From the NCBI GenBank assembly GCA_037447605.1, contig CM074808.1, positions 248,001-312,000 on the forward strand: a stretch of 64,000 nucleotides of DNA, in the 5' to 3' direction. The position numbers and the translations under genes were made by a program. The notes under the pieces are model-generated. The model saw only the letters and a program-made list of their open reading frames with translations. It was not told where the DNA came from and made no database searches. The number at the start of each line of letters is the position of its first letter. Within the stretch, counting starts at the first letter, position 1. Source of the DNA: Zygnema circumcarinatum SAG 698-1b (lineage: Eukaryota; Plantae; Zygnematophyceae). Below, piece after piece: positions 35,697 through 52,451 of this stretch.

Positions 35697-37504
35697 CAAG
35701 GAACGAGAATTTCTGTTCTGTTTTTTTTTATTTTTTCATTTTCTTTTCCTTGTGTTTATATTTGTCGACAGCTATCTTGAGATAGCATGTACGGAAATTC
35801 GTTTTTTTTACGTTTTTTGTTGTACTGTATCGTTCTCTTTGCAAATAAATATTAACTTTGTTCCTGTTTGATTCAAACACTCTATGGTTTGTTTGTGAGC
35901 GGATTCGGAAGATGGGGGGAGGGAGGGAGAGACGAGTCTGCAGCAAATTCGGTCCAAGAAATAGAGGGAGAGATTCTGGAACGGGTCAGGATATATCTCG
36001 GTGTGGAAGGCTGCGATATATCGCGGTATCTCGGAAAGATACGGCGTTAATCGCGGTGGAACAAGAACGAAAGCTCTTTAGTCGTTTCTATGTGGCTATG
36101 TGGCAGTTGAGAAATTTCACAAGCGGTTAAAGTTTGTGCATAGAATCGTGCGGTTTTGGAGGGAGGGGGGGAGGCCTTGTTCTGGGATTGAAGGAGGGGG
36201 TGTGGATGTACAGCGAGGGTTCAGGGTTTAAGGCGAGAGCTTTTGTAAAGGGAGAGAGCTTGTAAACTTTAGATTCCATTATGGCGAATGATTTTGGTTT
36301 ACATATTTTAATTTCTTGACGATGTGTTGATTGCTCGGTGTTTCGTTTTTAGTCAGTGAACTAAAGTCGTACCGAGGCACGTCAAGCAAAATTTAAACAG
36401 AAAAAACCGTTCATAAATTTAATTAAATCTTGGTTGCCCCTTGTAGTCCCATAGGGCGAAGAAGAGGGAGGAAAGAATTGCCGACGTGGGACTTTGAAGG
36501 AAATATTTTTTTTATACATCACAGTCACATTTCGCTCCATCTGGTTACTTTGTTTTAGAAAAGACTGCAATATGGAATGCAAGATGATAAGATTTTCTGC
36601 CATTTTTGTTAACCATTGTTTTTAATTTTTCATCCTCTTCTCGTAGTAAATTATCAACAAGTCAACAGCTACGTCTGACCAATTTAACTTGTGAGGCCAA
36701 CAGTGCATTGAGAGTGAGAGAGAGTGCGGGATGGCAAGTCGGGGCAGAGGGAGAGAAAGTAAGAGAGGAGAGGGAGGGGGAGGGTGTAGCACCGGGAGAT
36801 GGCGAGAGAGGGGGGAGCGGGAAAGAGGGAGAGAGAGGAAAGAGAGAGAGAGGAGGAAAGAGTGGGGAGGGAGGGGGAAAAAGAACAAAAAGATCACTGA
36901 AATAAACACAGGTCTCACATTTTAATGATGAAAAAAAAGTGCGCGACCAAAAAAAAAAAAAAATAAATAAAAAAAAAAGTTCTTGTTCCTAAGTCTACTT
37001 TAAGGAAGCTGTCGTCGGAAGCCTGCGAGCGACTAAACCTGCACAAGTGACGCTATGGGAATCTAGGGACTGGAACGCGACAATGAAGTCTCACCTTACC
37101 TCACTTCTTCCCCCTCCCCTCTCCCTTTTCCCCATCCCTCTCCCTCTCCCTACTCCTCCCTCCCTACCTCATTTCCCTCTCCTACTCCTCCCTCCTACCC
37201 CCTCCCTTCTCTGCCTATCCTCCCTTTTCCTACCCCCTCCCTTCTCCTATCCTCCTTTCCCTATTCCTTCTTTTTCTATCTTTTCTTTCTTATCTTCTTT
37301 CTTTTTTATCTTTCTTTTTATCTCTTCTTTTCTCATTCTTCTTTCTCTGTCCTTCTTTCTCCATTTCTCCCTATCTCCTTTCTCTCTCTGCTTTCGCCCT
37401 TTCCCTCGCTCTGCTTGCTCGCTCGCCTTTGCCCCTTGTTGCCCTTGTCTGTCCTCTGCCCCCCGCCTTCGCTCCATGCCCTCCCTTCTTCTCTCCACTA
37501 TGAG

Positions 37505-40330
<2,826 letters not shown>

Positions 40331-41379
40331 TCACTCCCTCTCCCTGCCTCCTTCCCCCTCCCCCGCCTCCCCCTCCCCCTCTCCCCTCCCCCCTCCCCCT
40401 CCCCCCTCCCCCTCCCCCTCCCCTCCCCCTCCCCCCTCCCCTCCCCTCCCCCTCCCCTCCCCCCCTCCCCCTCCCCTCACCCCTCCCTCCCCTCACTCCC
40501 CTACCCCCTCCACCCTCCCCCCTCCTCCTCCCTCCCCCTTCCTCTCCACCCACCCCTCCTCTCCGCCCTCCCCCCCCTCCCCCCTCCCACAACCCCTACT
40601 CCCTCCTACCATCCCTCACCTCTCCTCCTCCCCCCCACTCCCTCTGTTCCCCTCTCTGTCCCACCCCCCTCCCTCTTCCCACTCTCCCCCTCCCTCCTCC
40701 CACCTCCCCTCCTCCCCTCCCCTTCTTGCCACTCCTGCTCTTCTCCTCTCAGGTGAGATGAGTGATGATGAGGTGATGAGTGATGAGCAGGCTAGAGGAG
40801 CTGAGATGAGGCCAGCAGGCCAGAGAGGGCGAGTGATCAGGTGAGTGAGGACTAAAGTGGTCCCAGCCCCAGTCCCAGTCCCAAACCACGTCACTCTACT
40901 GAAATCCAGCACTCCTCAGCCTTCTCTCTCTTTACTGACATGCAGGTCTTTTGCTGTCATCTACTGAAATCACACTCCTTAGCCTTCTGTCTACTGACAT
41001 CAGGGCCCTTTTCCAGGTGATTTTCCAGTGCTCATGTGAAGTTCTCTCAACCCTGTCTGTCACTTTGTCTTCTTCTGTGGTATCCCAGCTCAAGCATTTT
41101 TAGGACTGCTGATCATTGCTTCCTCACTTCTTTCCGCTTTCTCTTCTCTTTTCCTTTCATCATTAGATCTCTTCTACTTTCTTCCAATTTCTCCTTGTGA
41201 TTGAAAGAATTTGAATGTCTGCATATGATGAAATCCTTTAGGAGTTGGTCTTCTCTCCTCCTCCTCCTCTCTCTCCTCTCTTCCCTCACTGCCATTTCTT
41301 GCAAATCCTGAGTGGTTTAAAGCTGCCTTCAAGCTGAACTCCCTGTTGGTAGTATGGCTAAAATTGCCATTCAGAAGGA

Positions 41380-42300
<921 letters not shown>

Positions 42301-44903
42301 GTGTTTGTGCGATGCTGAAGTGGCGAGTCATTGTAGTGGGAACGATCGATACAGCGATGACCCGTCGTTCTCCAGACCACTTCCAGAACGCCACGTGTCT
42401 GTACAAGACGACGATTCAACCGGTGGGACGGCGCTTTTGGCGAGGCCAAACGCGGCACGTGTCGGCGCGCGTTCGGCGCCAGAGCGCCGATACCGCGGTG
42501 GCCTTTTTCGAGGAGTTTCATTCCGACGGTGCGCTTTCTGTCGTGGCGCGCAGGCCGATCGCATGTCGAGATCTGGACGATGCAAGGAATGCCAGCGGCC
42601 ATAAAAATCTGGTCACGGCGATTCGGCGCTCGCGTAGATGCAAACCTGTGTTGTCGTTGAGAAGCGTTCCTTGACAGATGAGCTCAGAACGATTTTACGT
42701 GCATTGTTATACTGCGATCTATGCGAGAAGTGAGGAGTGATGTTATCCGAATCTTCACGCGATCGATCGCGAAGAGTCCTTTGACGCCATCGACTGTGGG
42801 TGAGAGGAAGATAGCGTCTCGGTGGCAACCAATTCGTCACTCAATTGCATACAGGACTTGCAAAGCGAGCTTGGCCTCGAAAGTACTGTACGTAGTGTCC
42901 AATTAGGCGTGACGCCGCTTAGGCGCTCACGGAAACCAGAGTTGCAACTGCGAGTCAATCAGAGGGGCATCGCGCTCTCTCCCCGACCCGGAGTGCCCTC
43001 CGCTGCAGATTACGATCGCACAGGCGATGCGCACTCGTCTTCGGTACTGTCAGGCCCGGGGACAGAACGGGCCGCACATGTCGGCCGCCCGTCTGCTGGT
43101 GGGCGCGACGAGACGACGACGCGCTGTCTGCCCGCCTGTCATCATGCCGGTGCCCGAAACCGCGACGAACCATGGCCGAGGCCGGCGCCGCCCCGGAAAC
43201 CGGGGCCATTTGTACGCGTGCCTCGCGCTCGCGTCACGCAGTGGTCTTCGGGTTTTGTCGTTCTTTGAACCTACTTTCGATAGGCTGCTGTATGGTCGGA
43301 AAAGAAATCCTGAAGCTTCCCTCCCGCCGTACTGCGTGAACGTACTGCCACGTGTGACGGAGATTGTGTGTTACGCTGAACGGTCAACACCATCCATTAA
43401 GCGGTATCAGATAAAGTCTGTTCCGGCGAGGCAGATAATCTGCGTTGTCACTTTCTGCATCATATGCGACTGTATTCATACCTGCGCCATACTGTTGCGA
43501 TCGCACCAGCCAACAATTTTATCAAATGTGCTGGTTGCTCAATCCAGTCCATTCAGTCGCTCAATCTCCTTCACTTCAACTCAGCCACCACTTTGGACTC
43601 ACCGATGATACATACCTTATCACCACTACTGACGACCACTGCAAATCACGACCAATCAAACGAATCGCATTGCTGACTGAACATTTTCCGATCAAACCTA
43701 CACTTCCATTGTCGCTTTTGGGTCCTGAAATGTCACAGCCAAATACGAAATCAAGCGAGCCAATTGACTATACACAGCATTTGCTTATAGTCAGGTTTGA
43801 AACATTGACTTGCATTGATTTGACAATCAATCCGCATGGCTCGCTTTACAAAAGGAGGAAGGTCCCGCAGATGGGGCGAAACCAACCCAGCCGCTTGACG
43901 TGACAGTCGCTAGACGCGCCACGGAGGCGAAGGTCGTCGCGCGCAGCCAATCAGAGGGCGTCCAGCGATTGCGGGGATACGTGTGCGGGACGTGGTAAGG
44001 GCACCGAGAAGGGGGTAGGGACACACAATGAGTGGGCGCCATGTTAAATGGAAATTTTTCAATTTGTGGCCAGCTTGGCTGAGGGGGCGATTCTGGAACC
44101 GACGCGATATAAAGCGGTATGAAAGTATTGGATGTTATCGTGATATTGAAACGCTCGATATATCCCGGTTTGGATAAATGCGATATACTGCGATATTTGA
44201 ATTCTGAGGAACGGGGGAAACGCCGCCGGAGGCCATGGCCGCACGCCACGTGGCGCCTGTTGGAACGCCTGCCACGTGCCACCCGGTGAGTGCTTTTTGA
44301 CGGAGCAACAGTTGCTTCAAGGCGGAGGCGCAGAGCTCAAGGGGAGAGAGCGGCGACAAAAGCAGCATGGGGAACCACGAGGAACAACAACTGGTCGCAA
44401 TGACCCAAGCACAAAAGAAAGAAAGGCCTGGCTCCCTCCAATTTGGACACAAAACTTTCGGTGTATATCGTATCGTATCGTATCGTGCCCTGCCGTGTCA
44501 TGTCGTATCGTATCGTATTGTTTCATATCATATCGTGTCACGGGGAAAGGTTGGGCTACTCATAACGTGCCACGACAGAATGATGACACGTGGCAAGCCT
44601 GGATTGGTTCCGCCTAGCGCGGCCAACGGTCACCTGGCTCGAGATTGCCGGCCCTTTCTATGGTCCGCCTCCCTTAACGTGTTGATGCTGCTTTGGATCG
44701 ACTTTCATGCTAAATTGCAGTCACTTTGGAACCAAAGGCCTAAATTTGTAATTTTTGTTTTAAGTATTGTTTGATCCGTGTCGTTAGAATGCTGTTGATA
44801 GCAGGGACTGTCTGTGACGTGACAACCAGTGGGAAAAAAACTGCCTCCACATTCTATTGGGAAATAAAGAAAAACAGGGAACGAAAGGGGGGGNNNNNNN
44901 NNN

Positions 44904-46502
44904 TTGTCAAGAAAAGCGTCCTTTATGGGCGGCACGCGGGCGGTCCCCACCAGCACACAGCGCCCCTCTGAGTCCATCCTCTCTCCCTTTCCGCTTCTCG
45001 ACTCGCCCGTGGAAACTTCGGTGGTTAGGGTTGTGTCCACAAGGAGGGCGGGAGGCCGGTAGAGAGGGCCGGCGGAGAAGAAAAACTTGGCCAGAAATTT
45101 GAGTTCAACCTGGACGGGGGGGGATGCGGCATTAGGGTTAGGAAGCAGGCGACAGTGGTGTTGGTTCATTGGGAGTTAGAAGGGAAGGGTGAAGGAGGGA
45201 ATGAACGGAGGAAGAGAGAAAGATTGGGGGAAAGGAATGAAAAGGAAAGGGGCATTCGAGAATGAATGATCGTTTGGCTAAAGTTGAGAGAGAAAAGGAG
45301 AGAGGGATAGAGGGTAAGAGAGAGGGATGGAAGGGGAGAGGGAGGAAGACATTCGTGAATCAGAGGTCGTCGGGGGCATAAAAGCCCTGTGGTGAAGAGA
45401 GAGAGAGTGAGAAAGGATGGGTAAAGGTGCGTGAAAGGTGAAGAAGGATGAAAAGAGTCCGAGAAAGGCGAAAAAGGAAGAGTGTGTGAGAGAGAGATAA
45501 AGGAGAAGAGAGTGACGAAGGAAGAAGTGGGTGGAAAACAAGGAGAGGGGGGGGGGGTGGGGGGAGAGAGAGAGAGAGAGCGCGAGCGAGCGAGGAGTTC
45601 CGTACCTCCCCTGTAGAGCGATCAATGTACCCCTCCAGAGCCTCCGGCACAATGTCGATGCGCAGAGGAGGAGGCAGCGGAACCCCGAGCAGCGATGTGG
45701 AGCTTCCCTGCACCGCCGGAATGCGCAAGGTCGCGGGATCGAACCTCACCTTCAGCCTCCCTTTGGGGTCTCCATCACTGAGAGCAAACCCTAATCCTCC
45801 ACCTCCCGCAGGGTTGTACACAAAATCGGGATAAATGGACACTCCCAGCACGCAGTCTCCCAATATGGAGAGCTGCACGGACGACTCGCAGGGGGAGAGG
45901 GAGGCCAGCTGAGGCAAGGAGGGCAAGCCACGTGGCATTGCTGGCGCGGCGACAGCTGGCAGAGCAAGGCCGCCATGGATTGCGGCGGCTGTGGCAGTCG
46001 CTGCAGTGGACGCGGCCGCGCTCAGGAGGAGCCTTCGGGGAAGCTGCGCGTCAGGGAGCGATGAGCAGCCAAGGCTGCCATGTTCGAGCTCTGAAGAGGG
46101 TGAGGGAGCGCACGGGGAGAGGGAGAGGGCGGGAGAGGGAGTATTGTCGGGAGAGTGACTAGCTACGAGGAGGTAGGGCTTTCGGACATGGCGGCTACGG
46201 GGTTTAAGGAGGAGAAGACACTGGGAGGCGCCACGTGGCGACAGAACAGGGGAGGAGATGTGCCACGTAGGCGCAAGGCCTTCCAACATGCTGACGTGGA
46301 TGGCCAACACACTGCCACGTGGCGTTTGCTCCGTTCTGGAGTCCTGAAGACTGCTCTCTCCCACTATAGGGCAACGCAGAAAAAACTTTCCATTCCTGCC
46401 AGTGAGGATGTCGGTCAGGGTAAAAGTTTTGGATGGGCAGAGAGTAAACGTCTTTTCTGCCCGTGCCCCAGATTGTGGCGGGGGGGCTGGTTGACTGGCC
46501 AT
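44904..46502 (-). CDS. Uncharacterised conserved plant/cyanobacterial-type protein, probably plastid-targeted; 3' end lost in the N-gap, start uncertain (ATG 46502 or 46289)
   Basis: Exon ending 45606 (GDCVLGVSIYPDFVYNPAGGGG...FDPATLRIP...LGVPLPPPLRIDIVPEALEGYIDRSTGE) splices GT-AG to 45109-44904 (VELKFLAKFFFSAG.LY....L.V.T.LTTE...G.R.D.EGRCVLVG.A.V). Confidence 0.8.
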
Positions 46503-46541
46503 CAAGCAATCTTGGAATCTTGTGAGAGGAGCCAAAAAGGA

Positions 46542-46649
46542 TGCCGCGAGAGAGGATCGAACTCTCGACCTTAGGATGGCTCCGGCCTGTGCTGTCACAG
46601 GAGTCGGGTTGCTATGAGACCTACGCGCTACCGACTGCGCCATCGCGGC
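46542..46649 (-). tRNA. trnM-CAT: Elongator tRNA-Met (CAT) with a 35-nt intron
   Basis: Minus strand GCCGCGATGGCGCAGTCGGTAGCGCGTAGGTCTCATA[gcaacccgactcctgtgacagcacaggccggagcc]ATCCTAAGGTCGAGAGTTCGATCCTCTCTCGCGGCA. The mature form is 73 nt with A and B boxes, the T31-T39 pair typical of eukaryotic elongator tRNA-Met, an intron at 37/38 and a TTTTT terminator just downstream. Confidence 0.95.
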
Positions 46650-47102
46650 TGTGTTGGGGAATATACAATTTAATTTAATAAATTAAGATTTTTCAAACAT
46701 CCTTCCTCGTCCAGCTCAGCGTAACGTGTTTCGTTCCGGGCCCAGTACTGCCCTCCCGCTCTCTCCCTCTCTCCCCCGCTCCCTCGCTCTCTTCCTCTCG
46801 GGCACTCTTTCTCGCGTCTCCCTCAGGCAGGCGCCTCTACAGGACTCCTAAACAGCGAAGCAAGGCTCAAAGGTCGGTCTCTCGCTCGCTCTGCCCTTCC
46901 TCGCCAGCCGCCATGCGCACACCTGTGGAGCAGCACCGAACATGGCATCCGCTTGCAGCGCATGCTCGCATGCTGTTCTGAAACATGTGTGGTGTGCATG
47001 CATGCTCAGGCGCAATGTGAGCAAAGGATGGCAGAAAGGGGTCGAGGCTGGAGCGCTTGAGTGAGTGAGGGGGCGGTTCGGGGCTGTTTGGCGCAGAGAG
47101 CG

Positions 47103-47254
47103 ATGATGAGCTTGGTGCAGCGCGTCGTTGCGGGCCGGCGGGTGGCGACGCAGAGCGTGGCGGCGCTGCGCAGGCGCGGCCTGTCGACGGGGGGAGGCAT
47201 CCTCAACGAAGAGGAGCGGGCCGCGGAGAACATCTTCATCAAAGTGGCTCTCGT

Positions 47255-47303
<49 letters not shown>

Positions 47304-48432
47304 CGCCTTATCTTTCTCTTTCTTTATGCCTCTAGTTATCTGACTATCTTTCTCGCCACATCCGTCTGCGTTTCTCGCTTTTACTCCCCCTCTCTTGTCT
47401 CCCTCTGCCGCTATTTTTGCGTTCCTATTTCTCATTATGTCCGTCTTTCTCTCTCATTCGCTTTTTCTCTTATTCCTATTCTTACTCTATTTTTCGTTCT
47501 CTTTCTCACATTATCTCTGTTTCTCGCTCTCTCTATCTCTCTCTCTCCCCCCCCTATCCCCTTCCCCCTCTTTCTGTTGTCTATCTCGCTCACTCTACCT
47601 CGCTCTATTTTCCCTGTCTCGCCCGCCTTCGCCCCTCCCCCTTTCTCTACACCGCTCCCCTCTCTTTCTGTGCCCCTGCCTTATGTTTCTCTCCGTGTCC
47701 CTTACTTTCCCTGCTGGCCATTTTCTGACATTTAATGATCCCATCACTTAGCTTTCAATATGAGCAATCACAATGTGCCGCTCCTTTCTGTACCAAGCAG
47801 TGCATCTTTTTGCGTCCTCCTTCCGGATAAAATGTATTTTCGGTTTTCTTTTTCCTTCTGCTCTTCTTCTTTGCTGCTATAACAATTCAGCTTCTTGGAA
47901 CTGCGATGACTACCTCTGGTTCTGTGATCAAATGCAATGCCCTCCTTTTTTCCGTAATGGGTAAAGCGCACTTCATTCACGGAAGATTTGGGGTTGCGGA
48001 ATCGCAGAAGCAAGAGGCGGAGAGAATGGAATTCTTGAAGAAGGTACTCTATCTCTTCCACTCCTCTCTTTACTCTTTACTTTTTTTAGTTAATCATGTT
48101 TTGCCCACTCGTTACGATCGATATCATACCGACGTTATGCTGAAATTTAGCACCTAATACTTGCTTTCGATTGATAACATACTGATGTTATGTTGAAGCG
48201 TTTCATCCCTGTAAGTTTCGATTGCCTATTTTGCTGGGTGGAGCAGCTGAAGGAGGGGAAGACTGCAGAAGACGCGGAGGCAGCAGCCAGGGCAGCCGGC
48301 CACGCAGCTCACTCCACCTCTCAGGCTACAGCAGGACCCACGGCGGCAGAGGGAGGGAGCAGCATGTACGCTCTCGGGGGGGCAGCTCTTGCAGGGCTCG
48401 GCCTCGGCTGGTTCCTCTTTGGGGGCAAGTAA
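47103..48432 (+). CDS. Small mitochondrial protein of the At2g27730 (complex I P2) / F1Fo-ATPase-inhibitor-like family with a C-terminal TM helix
   Basis: Exons 47103-47243, 48008-48043, 48247-48432: R-rich presequence, GILNEEERAAENIFIK|KQEAERMEFLKK, C-terminal YALGGAALAGLGLGWFLF. Confidence 0.85.
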
Positions 48433-49087
48433 AGCAGACTTCTCTTCACAAAACTATGCAAAAATCATAAAGAGAGGGAGAGAAGGGTCATAATTAGGGT
48501 TTCGGGAGGGAGGGCAGAGAGGGTAGTATCCTTTGGACTCGGCAGCCCTTTTAGGGTTTTTGGACGGCAGATGTGGGCGGCTTTCGCTTCAGATTTGAGG
48601 CCGTGAATGTGAGTAAAGTTGCTTTTGTAATTGACAGAAACAGATTTCTAATGGACAGAGGGCACGACATTGCGAAAAAGCAATGCATTAAGCCCTCGGC
48701 TTGTTCATGAGAGGTTTTCGGTTCAGAGAGGGAGTGGCGCCTGCATGTGAGTGCATGGAACTTAATTTTTCTCATAGTCCTTGGTAGTCCTTGGTAGTCC
48801 TTGGTCTTCTGTAATGCAAGTCGGGGGGACATATACTGTCTCATATGACATTTGTTATATGGTCTTTTGCCTGCTGAGAACATACTGTGTGTGGAGCTTT
48901 GGGTTATGGAAAGGATCGATGTGGGACATGGCATCAAGTCAAGTCTGCATCGGCAACATGACTCCTCACCACGCCACCGACTTCGATTTTTGGAAGATTT
49001 TGTTAATTTTGGGAAGAACAATGAACAATGAACGCAATCAACAAGCCAAACAAGAAACCTTAACCCTAACTTTAGCCCTAATTCCAC

Positions 49088-51699
49088 TCAGGCGCGGCCC
49101 AAAATGTTGAGAGCCACCTCCTTTAGGGAGGGCATCTCCTCCTGGGTATGGATGCAGGTCAGGCCCTCAGACGAGTTCCCTTGCAGCACCTGCCACGGGC
49201 CTGGGTACACCCTGCTCGCAACCAAAAAAGTAATAATAAAAATAGCTGATAATGGAACGAACAAACAAACTAAATGAAACAAACAATTGAACAACAAACA
49301 AATCGACAATGTGAAATCCGCAACTACAATAACAATCTGATAACAATCTTAATCCTTGGCAAACTACAGAGTCTGACAATTTCTGAAGCAGTGGATCAAG
49401 GAACAAGGTGGAGGAATGACTGACCGGAACAACTTCCCGCCCCGGCTGCCCTTGAAGTTGTGGAGATAAAAAGCGCCGACCATTTTCGGTAAAAAGCTTT
49501 GGGCCAATTTCCCCAACTTGGGGTAAAAGAAAGAGGGATAGTCTGCCCAGTCCATGCAGACAAGATGACAACAAGAAATGAGTTCTTTTGAGGGTTGTGC
49601 CATTGCCATGTTTACACAGGAAAAACATCCTCAATTGCCAACCGTTCCCTGTTGAGAGAGAGACAGAGAGACAGAGAGAGAGAGAGAGAAGGGGGAGAGG
49701 GAGGGCGGGGGAGAGGAGGCGAGGGGGGAGAGAGAGCCAGCCAGACGTACAGCCACTCCGAATTCGATCCAGTTCGCCATTAAAAATAATTATAGGCCGC
49801 TTGGATTCTTGTGCTGCTTCCAAGTATAACCGCTCCACTGTCAGCATTTCTGCAGAGAATTTTAGACCAGGTACGATGTATCAGGCTCTGACGTGCGCCT
49901 ACCGCAGCAATATGTCATAGGAAATCCTGAAACCTCAACTATGAACCAAAAAAGCTCCTTCCAAATACATTTGCCGCTCACCATTCACATTGAAGTACGG
50001 ATATGCCGCAACAAAAATTTCATCTGAGGGCCGCACCCTCTCGCTCATTTTCACTTTCCGAGAAAACCCTAAATCTTCAAGTCCTGAAGGCTGTGTTAGA
50101 TAGTCGAGCTGGAAGGGGGTCCCTTCAAAGACCCCTCTCTGAGCTGTGGCAACCTCGCTCACATCGGGAAAAAACTGCCAAAAATGCCATGAGAAAACTC
50201 CATTAACTCCACTACTGGTTACAGGTTCTGGTTTAGTGTTTTGAAGCTTCAAAGACGGAGTTTCCAACGATCCGATGACTGGTCTTTCGAAAGACACACT
50301 TTGGAAGGAGGGGGGAGGGAGGGAGGTCGGGAGAGACGGAGAAATTGATAAATTCATGCACCATAGGTGTACATAATTTGTGCACAACATGAAGCAGCCA
50401 TGATTGTGGTAAAAATGGCAATACTGATTAAGAGTAAGAGTCTGTAAAAGAGTATGCATAGCATGAATGCATACCATCCCTACCCTCCCTCCCTCTCTCC
50501 CCCTCCCCCTCTCCCTCTCCCTCCCCCTCTCTGCACTCTCTCCCTCTCCCTCTCCCTCATGCATCAAGGAGCTGTGGCCTACAATGCGGGTGGCGGGGCC
50601 CTTGCCATTGCGGGAGAAGAGTTGGCAGAACTCGCACACATACTGCATGCTGTCTGTCATTTCTATGCCGCCCTCCGCATCACCTGCACACTCCAACTAG
50701 CATCGATCACTCACTCTCTCTCTCTAAATCTCCACCCCTCTCTCCATCTCTCTCTCACACACACAAACACACACACATCTTTAAGCGAGTCTTGAATAAT
50801 CGGTACTTCCTGCTTCTCTTTAGAAATGAAGACTGAGTGATTTGAATGCAAACAACACCAGGAGGTTACGCTGAATTTGAAGCTGATTGAGAATATAATG
50901 TCAGTCACCTGGCACTGAGTCAAGTCCGGCCGTGGGGAATTCAATCTCCTGATGCCACAGTGCAGGCACACAATCTTCTTTCATGCTTTGACTAACTCTG
51001 AAAATATACAATCGGACACCACTGAAGATTCTTGGTCAAGAGCATGCGCCCTCCAATGCACTGAGGAGCCATGAACTGATAGTCACTGAGGTGAAGGAAC
51101 TTACAAGCAATGTATGACCATCATTAAGGGCCGCCTGAGTGGCAGCTTGAACCTGACAATGCTCCAAACATCAATATTCAATATTCTCCAAGCCACAGTA
51201 ATATAGCATTGTGATGCTTTCCCTCCTCACCCAACATTCTCACTCCCCGTTTTCCCTCCCTCTTCTATTTCCCTCACTCTTCATCCCTTCCCCCCCCACC
51301 TTCGTCTGTTCCAGGTCTAATCCTTTCTAAGAACTTGCTCAATGTTTGATCACGTTTCGAAATAGCGCTAAGTAAACATAAACGAAGCGAGAGAAGGGGA
51401 GAGAGACAGAGAGAAAGAGTGAGATCACTTGGAAATTGCTTCAAAGTGAGGATTTGGCATACCTGTGCAATCAACTGCCTGTAGTTCGTCGGAAACTTCT
51501 CCAACACCTTTCCAGCAGAAGCTGAGGCTACGATAAGTGGCGAGGCCTTGTTCTTCCATTGCACGCTTTTGCGAGCGCTTCTTTCACTCAGAAGGAGCCC
51601 TCCTTTCTTTGCATTCCCCAATGTATGGCTGCTCACTCTCCAATCCCCATAGAAAGCGCGCACTTGCGGTGTGCAGGACGTTAAAAGAAGGGAGTCCAT
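49088..51699 (-). CDS. LPA3: DUF1995 plastid protein, LOW PSII ACCUMULATION 3-like
   Basis: Eight GT-AG exons: FPTNYRQLIAQ|VQAATQAALNDG|EIEFPTAGLDSVP|GDAEGGIEM...|FFPD...LDYLTQPS..EDLGF...AYPYFNVN|EML...IIFNGELDRIRSG|YPSFFYPKL...HNFKG..GG.LFR|YPGPWQVL. Confidence 0.85.
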
Positions 51700-52451
51700 T
51701 GGTAGCTACTTCTGGAGGAAAGCTCAGCGGCTCCTCACGCGTGAATGTTCGACCTGCATTGCATTATTGGAGAATGAAGGAGCAATACACATCTTTAGAA
51801 AAAAAGGTTGCTAAAAAACTGCCTGAGCTTGTTAAATTTGCAAATCATGAACAGTTCCAGCCACGATTGTAGCCAAACGTCAACCCTAATTCTGCAGATA
51901 TCATGAACTCTCACCCGATTGTTGAGAACTTAATGCAGGGCCATAACCCTAACCCTAATCTTCATCATAGCCAGAGCCAGAGCCCTAACCCTAATTTTGC
52001 CCTACCCATAACCCTCATCCAAAATTGCCCTAAAGCCGCAAAACTGACTATGTACGGATCAACATGCTGGTCCGTACAGTTCAAAATCTTTCCGTTCTCA
52101 ATTACTGTACAGCAGTTTTTCGTACAGCTACATGTGCCGTACGGTACGGTTTGGGTCTGCCCAGGCCCCAGACAAGTTGATGGTATGAGGGTTTAAGGCG
52201 AGGGAGGAGAGTTTAGACTGCTAATGGGGGGGTTTAGGGTTAGGGATTCAGGCGAGGGAAGGAGGGTTTAGACTTCTAAGGGAAGGGGGGGGGGGTAAGG
52301 TTTAAGATTGAGGGTTGAAGGTGAGGGAGGAGGGCTTAGGCTGCTAGGTGGGGTGTTTAGGGTGTAGGGTTGAAGGTGAGGGAGCAGGGTTGAGGCTGCT
52401 AGGTGATTTTTAGGGTTAGGGTTTTGGCTGGTAGGGTTTTCAGAGGGCGCC

